Source: a virus (lineage: Duplodnaviria > Caudoviricetes). Taken from it: DNA of 58,472 nucleotides. The notes under the pieces are model-generated. The model made no database searches. It worked only from the letters and a program-made list of their open reading frames with translations, and was not told the DNA's origin. This document shows, piece after piece, positions 27,401 through 37,065 of this stretch (position 1 is its first letter; each line of letters begins with the position of its first letter). The translations under genes and the position numbers were made by a program. The DNA lies in IMG/VR virus record IMGVR_UViG_3300043468_000545, positions 1 through 58,472 of that record; one strand, 5' to 3'.

Positions 27401-28062
27401 ACGGAGGTTCTGGATACAGACAAGCTCCGCAAGTACTTGTTCAAACTAAAAATGGTAAAGGCGCATTCTTAACTTCCGAACTTGTAGAGTTTAACACTCT
27501 AGTGGAAGTTACTGGATTAGTAAACAAAAAAGGTATAGGACAAGGTAAAGGATTCTGGAATTCTACTAGAAGTTTCTTAGATTCTGATAAATACATTCAA
27601 GATAGCTATTATTATCAAGATTATTCTTATGAAATAAGGGCTGCAAAAAATCTTTCTAAATATAAAGATATATTTAACGAAACTTTTCATACTGCTGGAT
27701 CTGAATTATTTGGGAAATATTTATACAAAGATCTAAATACTTCTTTGCTTAATATTGCTCATGAACAAATATACGCTAATACTGATCCTGTTACACTATA
27801 TACTTTGGTTGACGGTGATTTCATTACTTGCGACGAGGATCGTTTCACAGTAGATACATATGTCTATGATTATTATGAATATGTAGATATTCCTACAGTT
27901 TCTGTCGATAGCGAAACTATCAGAGTAGACAGTATATCAAAGACCTCTGATTTCATTGTTATTTCTGTGGATAGAGATTTGAATTCTAATGGTGAAATTT
28001 ATGTTCATTTGACTGCAGACAGTAATTCTAGATTCGTAACTTCGGATATTATTGCTTATTAA
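24490..28062 (+). CDS. gp7: Baseplate wedge gp7-like
   Basis: QFPQFYQE..FMKAYYEWME..YRSKGS..LFRLIY..DSDKYIQDSYYYQDYSYEI..HTAG. Confidence 0.8.
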   Translation: MEFAVEKYISNFVENQFPQFYQEDGPTFILFMKAYYEWMESDGNPIGEARSLFDNRDIDNTTENFLQHFQKKYLYGIPFDIISNKRFLLKHILDVYRSKGSIFCYKLLFRLIYDEDVDIYLPGNDVLRVSDGNWYKPQYLEITDNDVMKDWVGKTIVGTSSNTFAVVENYVQQRYNNDIVNLVYITNVLPNGGEFIIGEKIIRYDFLDNSEINYQAPTVLGSMFNLDITIGGQDFNVGDVLKLVYRDPITDDIISYGKEGLIRVAEVFKQIGSLTIRVQSSGFGFTANSLTFLYNDTYDKTGTGASFNIRNLYSKRYVIYNDDIIFNYKRVYLNDPTFGFDKNPIGNINSTLNNVLTYKGGTFGRILNLRNIKIGSDYTKPATTFTRSVITSNELPGVVSYSADALEVRELIYSGNAANYDNTDIITVVNLRSNVNIRDARGAADPAEMHDIVASNGAIYQFYANSQGFSNTTDVIYIYQADDYFAKGDKIYYQVPTNNTALRGLTGNNYYWINFVNTTSIALTANALGTNATLSMTTNNVGGDLSFTVTNPGTNFINLNPIIVVSNSSGGSSNGSGAVFDVGFAYYVTGSTPVLGTNVDILAVVREADNPAETHYLEDETGTQFQFYANGNGFSLLGNWIKPIKVSRNFEVANVSINNTAPGANSDETHSIILLKNNSTYNFYANSTGFDYSTDTIKINSASSHFAKGDRVYYQVPNSNTPLSGLTGNTYYYVNFVNSSSIALEYSELTFGQRIEYVVPDGNTELDGLTGNSYYYVNYTNNLIITLTTDEITNANFGTVFSEVFEANDVICFQANSADSNTVEFQVIKEVVSNTKLYLYGNTIYNSTDSSKYFLAPTTIPANFAKYDTLMFTANGSINGENERITAVPSSGNNAIKSVTSLDSGVGYVEGEEVTAYLYNAVSDAITIVQGGTGYANNEKLVFAGGDPGTIATGFITTNSTGGIVDATVLNGGSGYRQAPQVLVQTKNGKGAFLTSELVEFNTLVEVTGLVNKKGIGQGKGFWNSTRSFLDSDKYIQDSYYYQDYSYEIRAAKNLSKYKDIFNETFHTAGSELFGKYLYKDLNTSLLNIAHEQIYANTDPVTLYTLVDGDFITCDEDRFTVDTYVYDYYEYVDIPTVSVDSETIRVDSISKTSDFIVISVDRDLNSNGEIYVHLTADSNSRFVTSDIIAY

Positions 28063-28076
28063 AAGGGGACAAATTT

Positions 28077-29012
28077 ATGGGTACATATCAAGAAATTGAT
28101 GTTGGAACGACAGCTAATGATGGTACTGGCGATCCACTAAGAGTGGCTATGATTAAGGTTAATGAAAGTTTAGCCAATGCTTTCAGTAATCCTACAGTCA
28201 CTAGTTGGGTAACAGTTGGAAATACAACTTCAAATGTTATCATCACTTCAAATTCAACAGCAGCGCCAAGCGTTCAGGTTGCTAATGCTACTAATTCTTC
28301 CAAATCAGTAGTAAACACCTATACTATTCAAGTTTCAAATAATACATATACTGCTAATCTGACAGCTGCGCAGCTTACTATTGGTAATACTTCTTCTGGC
28401 GCTTTTGGTGCAATTGTAAATAATTCTGTTATTTCTGTCGGTAATGCTACATCTAACGTATTTGCCAATGGAACTAATTTTTCAGTTGCTAATAACACGC
28501 AAGGCTCCGTTATTATTCATCCAAACAGAATTCTTGTAGGCGCAAACGTTTCTGTCAATAACATTGCTGCTTTTTTTGGCAATACCTCAGCAAATTTGGT
28601 AATGGATTACAGTGTTGTTCGTGTTGCCAATGGCACTTCTGGTATGGCAAACGTTGAACCTGGCAAAATCAGTGTAGGCGCTAATGTTACCATTAACACA
28701 ACAATGGCTACTGTACCTTCGGCAAATGTAACTTCAAATACTGGATTTACTTTGGGTTCTTCAACATCAGCAGCTATTGGTTATACATATCTTCCTAATG
28801 GCCTTAAGATGGTTTGGGGATGGGTATTGGCTAATACTACTGCTGGAAATGCAAGTTTTGCTGACGTTTTCAGCACAGCTGTTTATTCAGTTACTGCAAC
28901 AGGTAATACTGCTGATTATGTATATGTTACAGCAAGAACAGTTTCCAATGTAAACATTAGAACTTCTAACACTACTGGAACAAACGTATCTTATATTGCT
29001 ATTGGTAAGTAA
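28077..29012 (+). CDS. gp9/gp10-like fibre connector with a fibre-type C-terminal domain
   Basis: IDVGTTANDGTGDPLRVAMIKVN N-terminus; GYTYLPNGLKMVWG...YIAIGK C-terminus. Confidence 0.7.
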   Translation: MGTYQEIDVGTTANDGTGDPLRVAMIKVNESLANAFSNPTVTSWVTVGNTTSNVIITSNSTAAPSVQVANATNSSKSVVNTYTIQVSNNTYTANLTAAQLTIGNTSSGAFGAIVNNSVISVGNATSNVFANGTNFSVANNTQGSVIIHPNRILVGANVSVNNIAAFFGNTSANLVMDYSVVRVANGTSGMANVEPGKISVGANVTINTTMATVPSANVTSNTGFTLGSSTSAAIGYTYLPNGLKMVWGWVLANTTAGNASFADVFSTAVYSVTATGNTADYVYVTARTVSNVNIRTSNTTGTNVSYIAIGK

Positions 29013-29022
29013 GGGTTAATAA

Positions 29023-30582
29023 ATGGGTAAGTTACTGCCGGCATACAAAAAAGCTATCATTGATGAGATGAAAGATAATATGCTATCGGGCACAAGCGAT
29101 TATTACGCTTTTGCCGCCGATCCTGTTGCTAGTCTTACTGTTCCCGCACTAGCAAATGACGATTATGATACAAATTATCCTGTTTGGTCAATGCTTTTTG
29201 GTAAACGACTTACCTACAATGATGTTGTATTGGTAATTGATAATAAACAATGGGAATATGGAAAAGTTTTTGACGAGTATGATAACACTTCAGATACAGT
29301 GCATTCTAACAGCAATTTTTATACTGTTTGTATTCCTGGTATTGTTGGTGGTAATTATCTAATATATAAATGCATAGATAATGCCAATGGATCCCCTTCA
29401 ACAATTGATCCTAGTACTATTGGTGATCCTCAAGGTAAACTATCATTTCAAACATCAGATGGTTATGTTTGGCGCTATGTTTACTCAGTTTCTTCTGCAA
29501 ATTATGATAAGTTTGCAACACACGATTATATTCCGGTTTATACAGATCAAAACATATTTGCTACTGCATCAAGTTATTCGGGCGTAGAAGTTGTAGTGTT
29601 AACTAATCCAGGATCTGGTTACGACGCTCATCATGATGGTGTCGTAGAAGCTGTATTAAATAGTACTATGATTCAGATTTCTTCAAACGCATCATCTCTT
29701 AATGAGTTTTATACTAATAACGGAATTTATATTTACAATACATTTGAAACCACTTCTCAGTTAACATATGTTAAACAATATATTTCTAACACTACTGGTA
29801 ATTTCGTAAGAGTGCAAGACGAAGGAATTGACCCTGATAATATAATCGAAGGTGAAACTCAGTATAAAATTAGCCCAAGAGTAGTTTTTAATACAGACGC
29901 TGATTTGGGAGCTAGACCAAAAGCTTATACTACGATTAACCCTTATCAGAATTCTATTGGTAGTATAGTTATGCTTGATATTGGCACTGGTATTACAAGA
30001 GCCGAAGTTTCTATCCAAAGTAACACTCTTTGGGGTTCTGGTGCTACTGCTTATGCTATTGTTCCTCCTCCAGGAGGCCATGGAAGCGACCCAACATCAG
30101 AATTAGACGCTAAAGGGTTTTGTGTTGCTTTTAGATTCTCTAATAATGAATTATCAACAATACCCGACAATATCAAATATTCTAAAATTGGATTGTTGAA
30201 AAATCCCTACGCTATGGATACGAATTTCGAAAAAAGCGAAAACAGATACCAATCTAATACTTTTAATCAACTTTTGAAGTTTGACATTAACAATATATTT
30301 TATACTTTTGATGTTGAAGATATTATCTATGGTGAGAGTTCTGGCGCTAAAGGAATCATTACATTTGTCAACAGTACAGCGATGTATGTTGCTGGAGATA
30401 GAAGCTTCGAAGACGGCGAGAGAATTACTTATGAAGATGGTACACCTACCCTCAATATAACTATAAGTTCAGAGGGCGCTATTTACACCAAAGACATTAG
30501 CCCTCTTTATGTTCAGAATATAAATACAGTTGAAAGATCAAACACGCAGACTGAATCATTCAAGTTGATTGTAGAATTTTAA
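29023..30582 (+). CDS. gp8: Baseplate wedge gp8
   Basis: MLFGKR..W..G.VFDEYD..IYKCIDN..TSDGYVWRYVY..PPPGGHGSDP..EL..R...QTESFKLIVEF. Confidence 0.85.
   Translation: MGKLLPAYKKAIIDEMKDNMLSGTSDYYAFAADPVASLTVPALANDDYDTNYPVWSMLFGKRLTYNDVVLVIDNKQWEYGKVFDEYDNTSDTVHSNSNFYTVCIPGIVGGNYLIYKCIDNANGSPSTIDPSTIGDPQGKLSFQTSDGYVWRYVYSVSSANYDKFATHDYIPVYTDQNIFATASSYSGVEVVVLTNPGSGYDAHHDGVVEAVLNSTMIQISSNASSLNEFYTNNGIYIYNTFETTSQLTYVKQYISNTTGNFVRVQDEGIDPDNIIEGETQYKISPRVVFNTDADLGARPKAYTTINPYQNSIGSIVMLDIGTGITRAEVSIQSNTLWGSGATAYAIVPPPGGHGSDPTSELDAKGFCVAFRFSNNELSTIPDNIKYSKIGLLKNPYAMDTNFEKSENRYQSNTFNQLLKFDINNIFYTFDVEDIIYGESSGAKGIITFVNSTAMYVAGDRSFEDGERITYEDGTPTLNITISSEGAIYTKDISPLYVQNINTVERSNTQTESFKLIVEF
30519..30526 (+). 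promoter_or_regulatory. Possible internal late promoter for the VrlC-like gene
   Basis: TATAAATA 70 nt upstream of ATG 30596. Confidence 0.4.
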
Positions 30583-30595
30583 GTAGGATTAGAAA

Positions 30596-33500
30596 ATGCC
30601 AATAAACACAAATTTTAACGTCAACCCTTACTTTGACGATTATGATGAAAATAAAAATTATTATAAAGTCCTTTTTAGACCTTCTTCAGCTATTCAAGCA
30701 CGCGAACTTAATCAAATGCAGACTATTCTGCAGAAACAAATTGATAGGTTTGGTCAGCATGTATTTAAGAATGGAGCTATAGTATTAGATGGTTCTTTTG
30801 ACTACGAACATCTAATAGACACCGTAAAGGTGGCTTCGTTAACTCAAGATCTAGAATCATCATATTTTGTTGGAAAAATTGTTACTGGATCTGTTTCCGG
30901 CGTCGAAGCTTACATAAAACACGTAGACTATGATTTCGATAATAATGTTTATGTATTTTTCGTTAGATATACAAAATCAGGCACAGATACTAATTTCTTT
31001 CTGACGGACGAAATTGTTACTGACAATAGCAATCCTAATAATTTCTTTAAAACTGTAGAAGAAGATTGCAACTCAGTAGGAACTATCTTTAGCATTTCAC
31101 AAGGCGTAATGTTCTCGAAAGGATTTTTTGCAGCCTTTCCTGCACAAACAGCAGCGCTTTCTTTTTATACTACAACTCCTTCTGTTATAGTAGGATTTAA
31201 GGTTGTAGAATCAGTTGTAACAGATTTACAAGATCCATCTTTATTGGATAATGCACTGGGATCTCCTAATGAAAACGCTCCAGGAGCTCATAGATTTGCA
31301 GTAGATCCTGTTCTTACGGTTGAAGATTATGATGCAGAAATAACCGATCCTGACTTCTCAATTCTTTGTGTTATTAAGAACGGCATTATTGAACAGTCTA
31401 AAGAAAGAACTGAATATGCGAGAATTTATGACGAATTCGCAAAAAGAACTTTCGACGAATCAGGCGATTATTATGTTTCTGGTTTTAACGCAAGAGTAAG
31501 AGAACATTTAAACGTAAACGAAAACGAAGGTTTGTTTTCGTTGTCCGAAGGTGGTGATTCTCAAAAACTAACTATTGACATTGATCCTGGTGTTGCTTAC
31601 GTAAAAGGATATGAAGTTAATAAGCTAATCACACAACATATTATTACTGATAAGGGTATAGAATACGAATCTGAGAATAGCGAAACTATTAATGCAAGAA
31701 CAAGTGGATATTATCTAGTAAAAGAAGCATTAGGAACATTATCTCTAGATACTGGAACTTTAGTAAATCTTTATGATGCCGCTGAACAGAGAATCACAAA
31801 TAAGACTACATTGGCAACAGCAAATACTGGCAGATTAATTGGTACTGCCAGAGTTAAATATTTTGCATATGATTCCGGAATACAGGGTTCGGCAAATGGT
31901 TCGTATAGATTATATCTATATGATACACAGCTTTCAAATGGCAATATTACAAATCTTAGATCAGTAGGTATTAATTCTACGTTTTTTGCTGATGTTCAAT
32001 TAAATTCAAACAACACTCCGATATATAACGATTATAATCTTAATACCTTAATTTATAAGGTAAATACTGATTATACTAGATCGCTTAGAGGCACTAATGG
32101 TATTTCTGATACTATTTTCAATTTTAGCAGAACAGAATCTAGAAACACAAATTTTGCCACCGGTGGTATTCTAACTTTATCTTTAAGTGGTTCTGATCAA
32201 GAAGAATTAGCATATTCTACTGGTTCTTTTTCTTCAACTGAAAAAAGAACTATTCTTCTTACTGTTAATGCTAATAAAGATATTCATTTGTTCTCGCCAT
32301 CTGGAGTGGTCTCCGGAACTTCTGGACAAGGTAATCTCGTCGGAACTTCTACATATTTTTCTAGATTGAATTCTGGGGATAGAATCAAAGTAGGCGGTAA
32401 TTACTATTTCGTAAACACCGTATACAGCGATATATCGATGAGTATTGTGGGAACTCTTTCTACTAGCCCAGTTTCTAATACAATCTATAGATCATACATA
32501 GCGGGCGATATAGTTGATTTAACTGTGAAGGGTAGTTCGGGTGTAATCAGAGACGTTAGTCTGTCAACTTCTGGTGTTATGACCGTTGATTTGAAAGAAG
32601 ATACTTCAAACACAACAGGTTCTGTTTCATGTTCAATCACTTATAATATTACTAGAAGTGGCGCTCAAGAAATCAAAAAAATATTGAGCCCTAGACGTTA
32701 TGTTATGATCAATACAGCAACTAACGTTGCTAATAGTGTTGGACCATATAATTTGGGACTATCGGACGTTTATAGAATAAGATCCATAAGAATTAAAACT
32801 GGTGCGTTTGTTAATAATACTGATGGTACTGATGCTACATCATATTTTGCTCTAGATGATGGTCAAAGAGATTGTTTTTACGACCATGCTTCTTTGGTAT
32901 TTAGAGGTGGTATTGATATTAAAAACAAATATCTGTTGGTTGAATTGGATCATTTTGAGGCGGATTATACCGGTGGCGCTGGATATTTTTCTGTTGATTC
33001 GTATCCAGTTGATGATACAACAGTTTCTGAAAATACAATTTTCACATATCAAATACCAGTATATTCTACGTCATACGGAGAAATATTTGATTTAAGAAAT
33101 TGTATGGATTTCAGACCATACAAAATTGCAACAGCTGCTAGCACTCAAGCTACTTCATCTGGCAATATTTCTGCAGCAACAGTAAATCCAGCAATAACCA
33201 CTTCTTTGTATGTTCCTACAGGCGGTTTGAGAACTTCTATTCCTGGAAGTAATATGTATATTGATTATTCATATTATCTTGCTAGAAGAGATTTGGTCGC
33301 TGTGGACACTAATGGTAATTTTATTTTATATAAAGGCAAGCCAGATATAAATCCTATCAGCCCTATTGCGCCTGATAATGTTATGCCTTTGGTTAGAGCT
33401 CTTATCAAACCATATCCTTCTTTATCTGAAACTTATGCAAGACAGCTTGGCAATCAAACATATGGTTGTACTGCCAAAAATATTGCAAATAAAAGATATA

Positions 33501-36500
33501 CTATGAAGGATATTGGCACTATTAAAAATAGAGTTGATAATCTAGATTATTATAATGCTTTGACTCTATTGGAAAAGTCGGCAACGGATTTAAATATCAC
33601 AGATGCTGCTACTGGCCTGGATAGATTTAAAAACGGATTCTTTGTTGACGGTTTTGTAGATCATTCTTTGGGCGATACTAGAAATGTAGATTACCTATGC
33701 TCTATCGATTCTAAAGAAAATTGTATCAGACCTTTCCATGAAGCAGATTCTGTAAAGTATCAATATCAATCTTCAGGTTCTTCTGGCGTTCAACTAACTG
33801 GTAATTTGTTAACAAGACCATATACCGAAACGGTATTACTCAGTCAGAAAAACATTTCAACAAGAAGAAATATTGAATATAGTGTTTACAGATTCGTTGG
33901 AAGAATGACCTTTCGACCAGAAACTGATATTTGGTGCGACCAAAACACCGTTGATAAAAAAATTACTTATGGCGACGATTTACCTAATCCTATTTTGTTA
34001 AGCACAGAATGGACCTCTTGGGAAAAATATAGTGTAGGACAGCCAGTCTATAACGTTTATTCAACAAATGATGGAGGTTGGGGTAATAACTGGGATGGCG
34101 GCAAATCATTAGAAGGATCGTTCTCTAGTTATAAAGACGCTTTAGATTTTGCTAAACCAGTTAAAACAAACACTCTTCCTGGTGGTTACTATGCTCAGAA
34201 TCCAAGCGGAAATTATAATCCAAGATCACCATTTCGTTTAGCTAATGGCCAATTAGTTACTGGTTATTTTGGTTGGTCAACGAACCCAGATATAGCCATT
34301 CAAATGGGCAGGGGTGGTTTCGGTGGTAATACACCTGATAATTACTATCGTTCTTTCGCTATCGAAGGCACTGACCCTGGCTACACAGAACGTAGAAGCA
34401 AGATTCAAAAGTCTCTTGACTGGGGCACAGAAACACAAACTCTCGGTTCTTTCGTAACTGATGTTACATTAGCAACATATATTAGACCACAGACTATCAC
34501 TGTAACAGTTCAAGGTCTAAAAGCCAGAACTAGATATTGGGTATATTTTGACTCAGAAAATATGACCAATTATTGTTCTCAGTGGAATTATTATCTTTTT
34601 GGTAATAGACCACATAGCTATAAAGCTGAAGGCGCAGAACTTATTACTGATGATGGCGGCGATCTTATTTTTGATTTGAGATTGCCAACAACTGGTAAGC
34701 GTTTCAAAGTTGGTACCAAGGAAGTAATTGTAACTGACTCGCCAACTAATGCTGTTGATGCATCTTCTCATGCCAGAGGGTATTGGACTTCTCTTGGAAT
34801 CAACGCCCAGAAACAAAACACTATTGTTTCTACCGTTGTTCCTACTATTGAAACCAATTCAACCCCAGAAGAAAGATTTATCCCAGGAAAGGGACAAACT
34901 CTAGAAATTTGGGCTTGTTCATGTATGGCATATTCATTCAAAGTTGATGTGCCACCAACAGAAGATGGTATTTTCTTAACTTCTGTGGACATTTTCATCG
35001 AATCAATGCACCCAACTCTTGGAGTATGGTTTGAAATTAGAGAAATGAACGCTGGTGGTGTTACTAAGAATCAGGTTCCTTATTCTGAAGTTTGGATGAA
35101 GAGAAATGATCCTAGAATTAGATTGAATCCTGTTGGAACAACTAATTTCCAAGCCACAAAGGTAAACTTCCCTTCGCCCGTTTACTTAATGAATAATACT
35201 TCTTATGCGTTTGTTATTCACACTGAAGGCTTGAATCCAGACACTTATTTCTGGGTTTCAAGACTAGGCGAAACTGATGTTCTCACTAACAGTCAAATTA
35301 CCAGTAGAAGATTGACAGGAACGCTTTATACTACCAATAACAATACTAACTATGATATGGTTCCTGACGTAGACTTGACTTGCACCTTCAACAGAGCAAA
35401 CTTTGCTGTTGGTACAGGAACTGCTATACTTGGCAATATTCCTCAAGAATACATTAAACTAAAATCAGGCGCTGGTGTTTTCACTACTTATGGTGAAGAA
35501 ATTGTTGGATCAGATAAACTAGCACTGACAAGCATAACTTCAACAGGAAATACTATTATAGTTGGTGATATTCTCACAGGTTCAAGCTCAGGCGCTGTTG
35601 GTAATGTTATTGCAATAGGCGCTGGATCAACATATTCTACCACAGGAATTGGTTTCTCTAATACTGAAACTGTTACTGTTAAGAATTCTGCTGGAACTCT
35701 TAAGAATATTTCAGCTATTGTTAACGGTATATACAGTGGTTTAGGAAAACTAAAATCTTACGATAGTGCGAATAATATTTTTGTTGTTGAAGAATCTAAT
35801 GGTTTGTATCTAGCAAACGGTGTAGTTAGAGGAATAAAGAGCGCGAACGTTGGTGTTATTGATTCGTTTACTTATTATCCATATTCTACCACATGTTTGA
35901 AGCCTCATTATTTAACTTTTAGAAACACTTCTTGTGGATTCGAAAAAAGAGGTTTTAGATCTGATACAAACACATATGGGAATTATTATCCTGGATTACC
36001 AGACGTTTCTTCAGATTTTTACGAGGAAAATAAGATACTTTCTAGAGTAAATGAAATATCTTTGAATTCTGGATTCCCAAGTTCGCAATCTAGAGCAACA
36101 TTGACTACTTCTAGTGCATTTGTTTCTCCAGTTATCGATCTATCTAGAGGCAACAGCGTTTATGTTCATAATTTAATTAATGCAGACGATCCGGATGTAT
36201 TAATATTGGACAACATCGACGAAGGAGCTAATACCATAATCATAGGTGATAAGATCGTTGGTTCAGTAAATGGTTATGTTACATCTATTATAGGAAACAC
36301 ATGTATTACTGATGTAAACGGATATGCAAACGCCGAAACAATTACTGTATATGAATCTACAGGTACAACAAGCAAAGGCATAACTGCTAATCTTGTAAGC
36401 GTTTCTAAATCCGAAAACCAAATCTCTGGAGGCGGTCTAATAAATAGATATATTAGTAAAGTCATTACTTTAGCAGAGGGTCAAGACGCAGAAGATCTGA

Positions 36501-36853
36501 TAGTTAAGGTAACTGCATACAGACCAGTTGGAACCGATGTTAAAGTTTGGTTTAAAGTTGCTAACGCAGAAGACTTCCAAGGGTTGAGTAATAAAAAATG
36601 GACGCCAATGGTCTATTTTGACTCGATTTATAGTTCAAGCGTAAACAATAGAGATTTCTTAGAATTTGATTATTCTATAAATCCTGAAAACTATGACGGT
36701 AATGGTATATTACAATATACTTCTGAAGGAAACACTTTTAAGGGTTTCAAACAGTTCCAAATTAAGATTGGATTATATGGTAATGCTGATGGTATAAGTT
36801 CAGCGTTAGTTCCTAAAGTTGGTGACCTTAGAGTCATTGCACTACAGAGATAA
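30596..36853 (+). CDS. Large virion structural protein, VrlC/DUF4815-like (2085 aa)
   Basis: NFNVNPYFDDYD..KVLFRP..QARELNQMQ..APGAHR..RTFDESGDY..DRFKNGFFVD..DLRVIAL. Confidence 0.85.
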   Translation: MPINTNFNVNPYFDDYDENKNYYKVLFRPSSAIQARELNQMQTILQKQIDRFGQHVFKNGAIVLDGSFDYEHLIDTVKVASLTQDLESSYFVGKIVTGSVSGVEAYIKHVDYDFDNNVYVFFVRYTKSGTDTNFFLTDEIVTDNSNPNNFFKTVEEDCNSVGTIFSISQGVMFSKGFFAAFPAQTAALSFYTTTPSVIVGFKVVESVVTDLQDPSLLDNALGSPNENAPGAHRFAVDPVLTVEDYDAEITDPDFSILCVIKNGIIEQSKERTEYARIYDEFAKRTFDESGDYYVSGFNARVREHLNVNENEGLFSLSEGGDSQKLTIDIDPGVAYVKGYEVNKLITQHIITDKGIEYESENSETINARTSGYYLVKEALGTLSLDTGTLVNLYDAAEQRITNKTTLATANTGRLIGTARVKYFAYDSGIQGSANGSYRLYLYDTQLSNGNITNLRSVGINSTFFADVQLNSNNTPIYNDYNLNTLIYKVNTDYTRSLRGTNGISDTIFNFSRTESRNTNFATGGILTLSLSGSDQEELAYSTGSFSSTEKRTILLTVNANKDIHLFSPSGVVSGTSGQGNLVGTSTYFSRLNSGDRIKVGGNYYFVNTVYSDISMSIVGTLSTSPVSNTIYRSYIAGDIVDLTVKGSSGVIRDVSLSTSGVMTVDLKEDTSNTTGSVSCSITYNITRSGAQEIKKILSPRRYVMINTATNVANSVGPYNLGLSDVYRIRSIRIKTGAFVNNTDGTDATSYFALDDGQRDCFYDHASLVFRGGIDIKNKYLLVELDHFEADYTGGAGYFSVDSYPVDDTTVSENTIFTYQIPVYSTSYGEIFDLRNCMDFRPYKIATAASTQATSSGNISAATVNPAITTSLYVPTGGLRTSIPGSNMYIDYSYYLARRDLVAVDTNGNFILYKGKPDINPISPIAPDNVMPLVRALIKPYPSLSETYARQLGNQTYGCTAKNIANKRYTMKDIGTIKNRVDNLDYYNALTLLEKSATDLNITDAATGLDRFKNGFFVDGFVDHSLGDTRNVDYLCSIDSKENCIRPFHEADSVKYQYQSSGSSGVQLTGNLLTRPYTETVLLSQKNISTRRNIEYSVYRFVGRMTFRPETDIWCDQNTVDKKITYGDDLPNPILLSTEWTSWEKYSVGQPVYNVYSTNDGGWGNNWDGGKSLEGSFSSYKDALDFAKPVKTNTLPGGYYAQNPSGNYNPRSPFRLANGQLVTGYFGWSTNPDIAIQMGRGGFGGNTPDNYYRSFAIEGTDPGYTERRSKIQKSLDWGTETQTLGSFVTDVTLATYIRPQTITVTVQGLKARTRYWVYFDSENMTNYCSQWNYYLFGNRPHSYKAEGAELITDDGGDLIFDLRLPTTGKRFKVGTKEVIVTDSPTNAVDASSHARGYWTSLGINAQKQNTIVSTVVPTIETNSTPEERFIPGKGQTLEIWACSCMAYSFKVDVPPTEDGIFLTSVDIFIESMHPTLGVWFEIREMNAGGVTKNQVPYSEVWMKRNDPRIRLNPVGTTNFQATKVNFPSPVYLMNNTSYAFVIHTEGLNPDTYFWVSRLGETDVLTNSQITSRRLTGTLYTTNNNTNYDMVPDVDLTCTFNRANFAVGTGTAILGNIPQEYIKLKSGAGVFTTYGEEIVGSDKLALTSITSTGNTIIVGDILTGSSSGAVGNVIAIGAGSTYSTTGIGFSNTETVTVKNSAGTLKNISAIVNGIYSGLGKLKSYDSANNIFVVEESNGLYLANGVVRGIKSANVGVIDSFTYYPYSTTCLKPHYLTFRNTSCGFEKRGFRSDTNTYGNYYPGLPDVSSDFYEENKILSRVNEISLNSGFPSSQSRATLTTSSAFVSPVIDLSRGNSVYVHNLINADDPDVLILDNIDEGANTIIIGDKIVGSVNGYVTSIIGNTCITDVNGYANAETITVYESTGTTSKGITANLVSVSKSENQISGGGLINRYISKVITLAEGQDAEDLIVKVTAYRPVGTDVKVWFKVANAEDFQGLSNKKWTPMVYFDSIYSSSVNNRDFLEFDYSINPENYDGNGILQYTSEGNTFKGFKQFQIKIGLYGNADGISSALVPKVGDLRVIALQR

Positions 36854-36857
36854 TACG

Positions 36858-37064
36858 ATGGAACAGAAAACTGAAAAAGAAGGTTTGTATAGAGATTTGA
36901 CTACAGGAGCGTTATTAAACAAAAATAACGCTGCTCTGTTAGCTTATAAAATAAAAAGAGAAAAAGAAAAAGAATTCGAATCTTTCAAAGAAAAAATAAA
37001 AAGAATTGATGATGATATTTCTGAAATCAAAAATGTTCTTAAGGCTATAGCAGAGAAGATCTAG
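36858..37064 (+). CDS. Small coiled-coil protein following the VrlC-like gene
   Basis: GLYRDLTTGALLN..Y...DDISEIKNVL; ATG 36858. Confidence 0.7.
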   Translation: MEQKTEKEGLYRDLTTGALLNKNNAALLAYKIKREKEKEFESFKEKIKRIDDDISEIKNVLKAIAEKI

Positions 37065-37065
37065 A

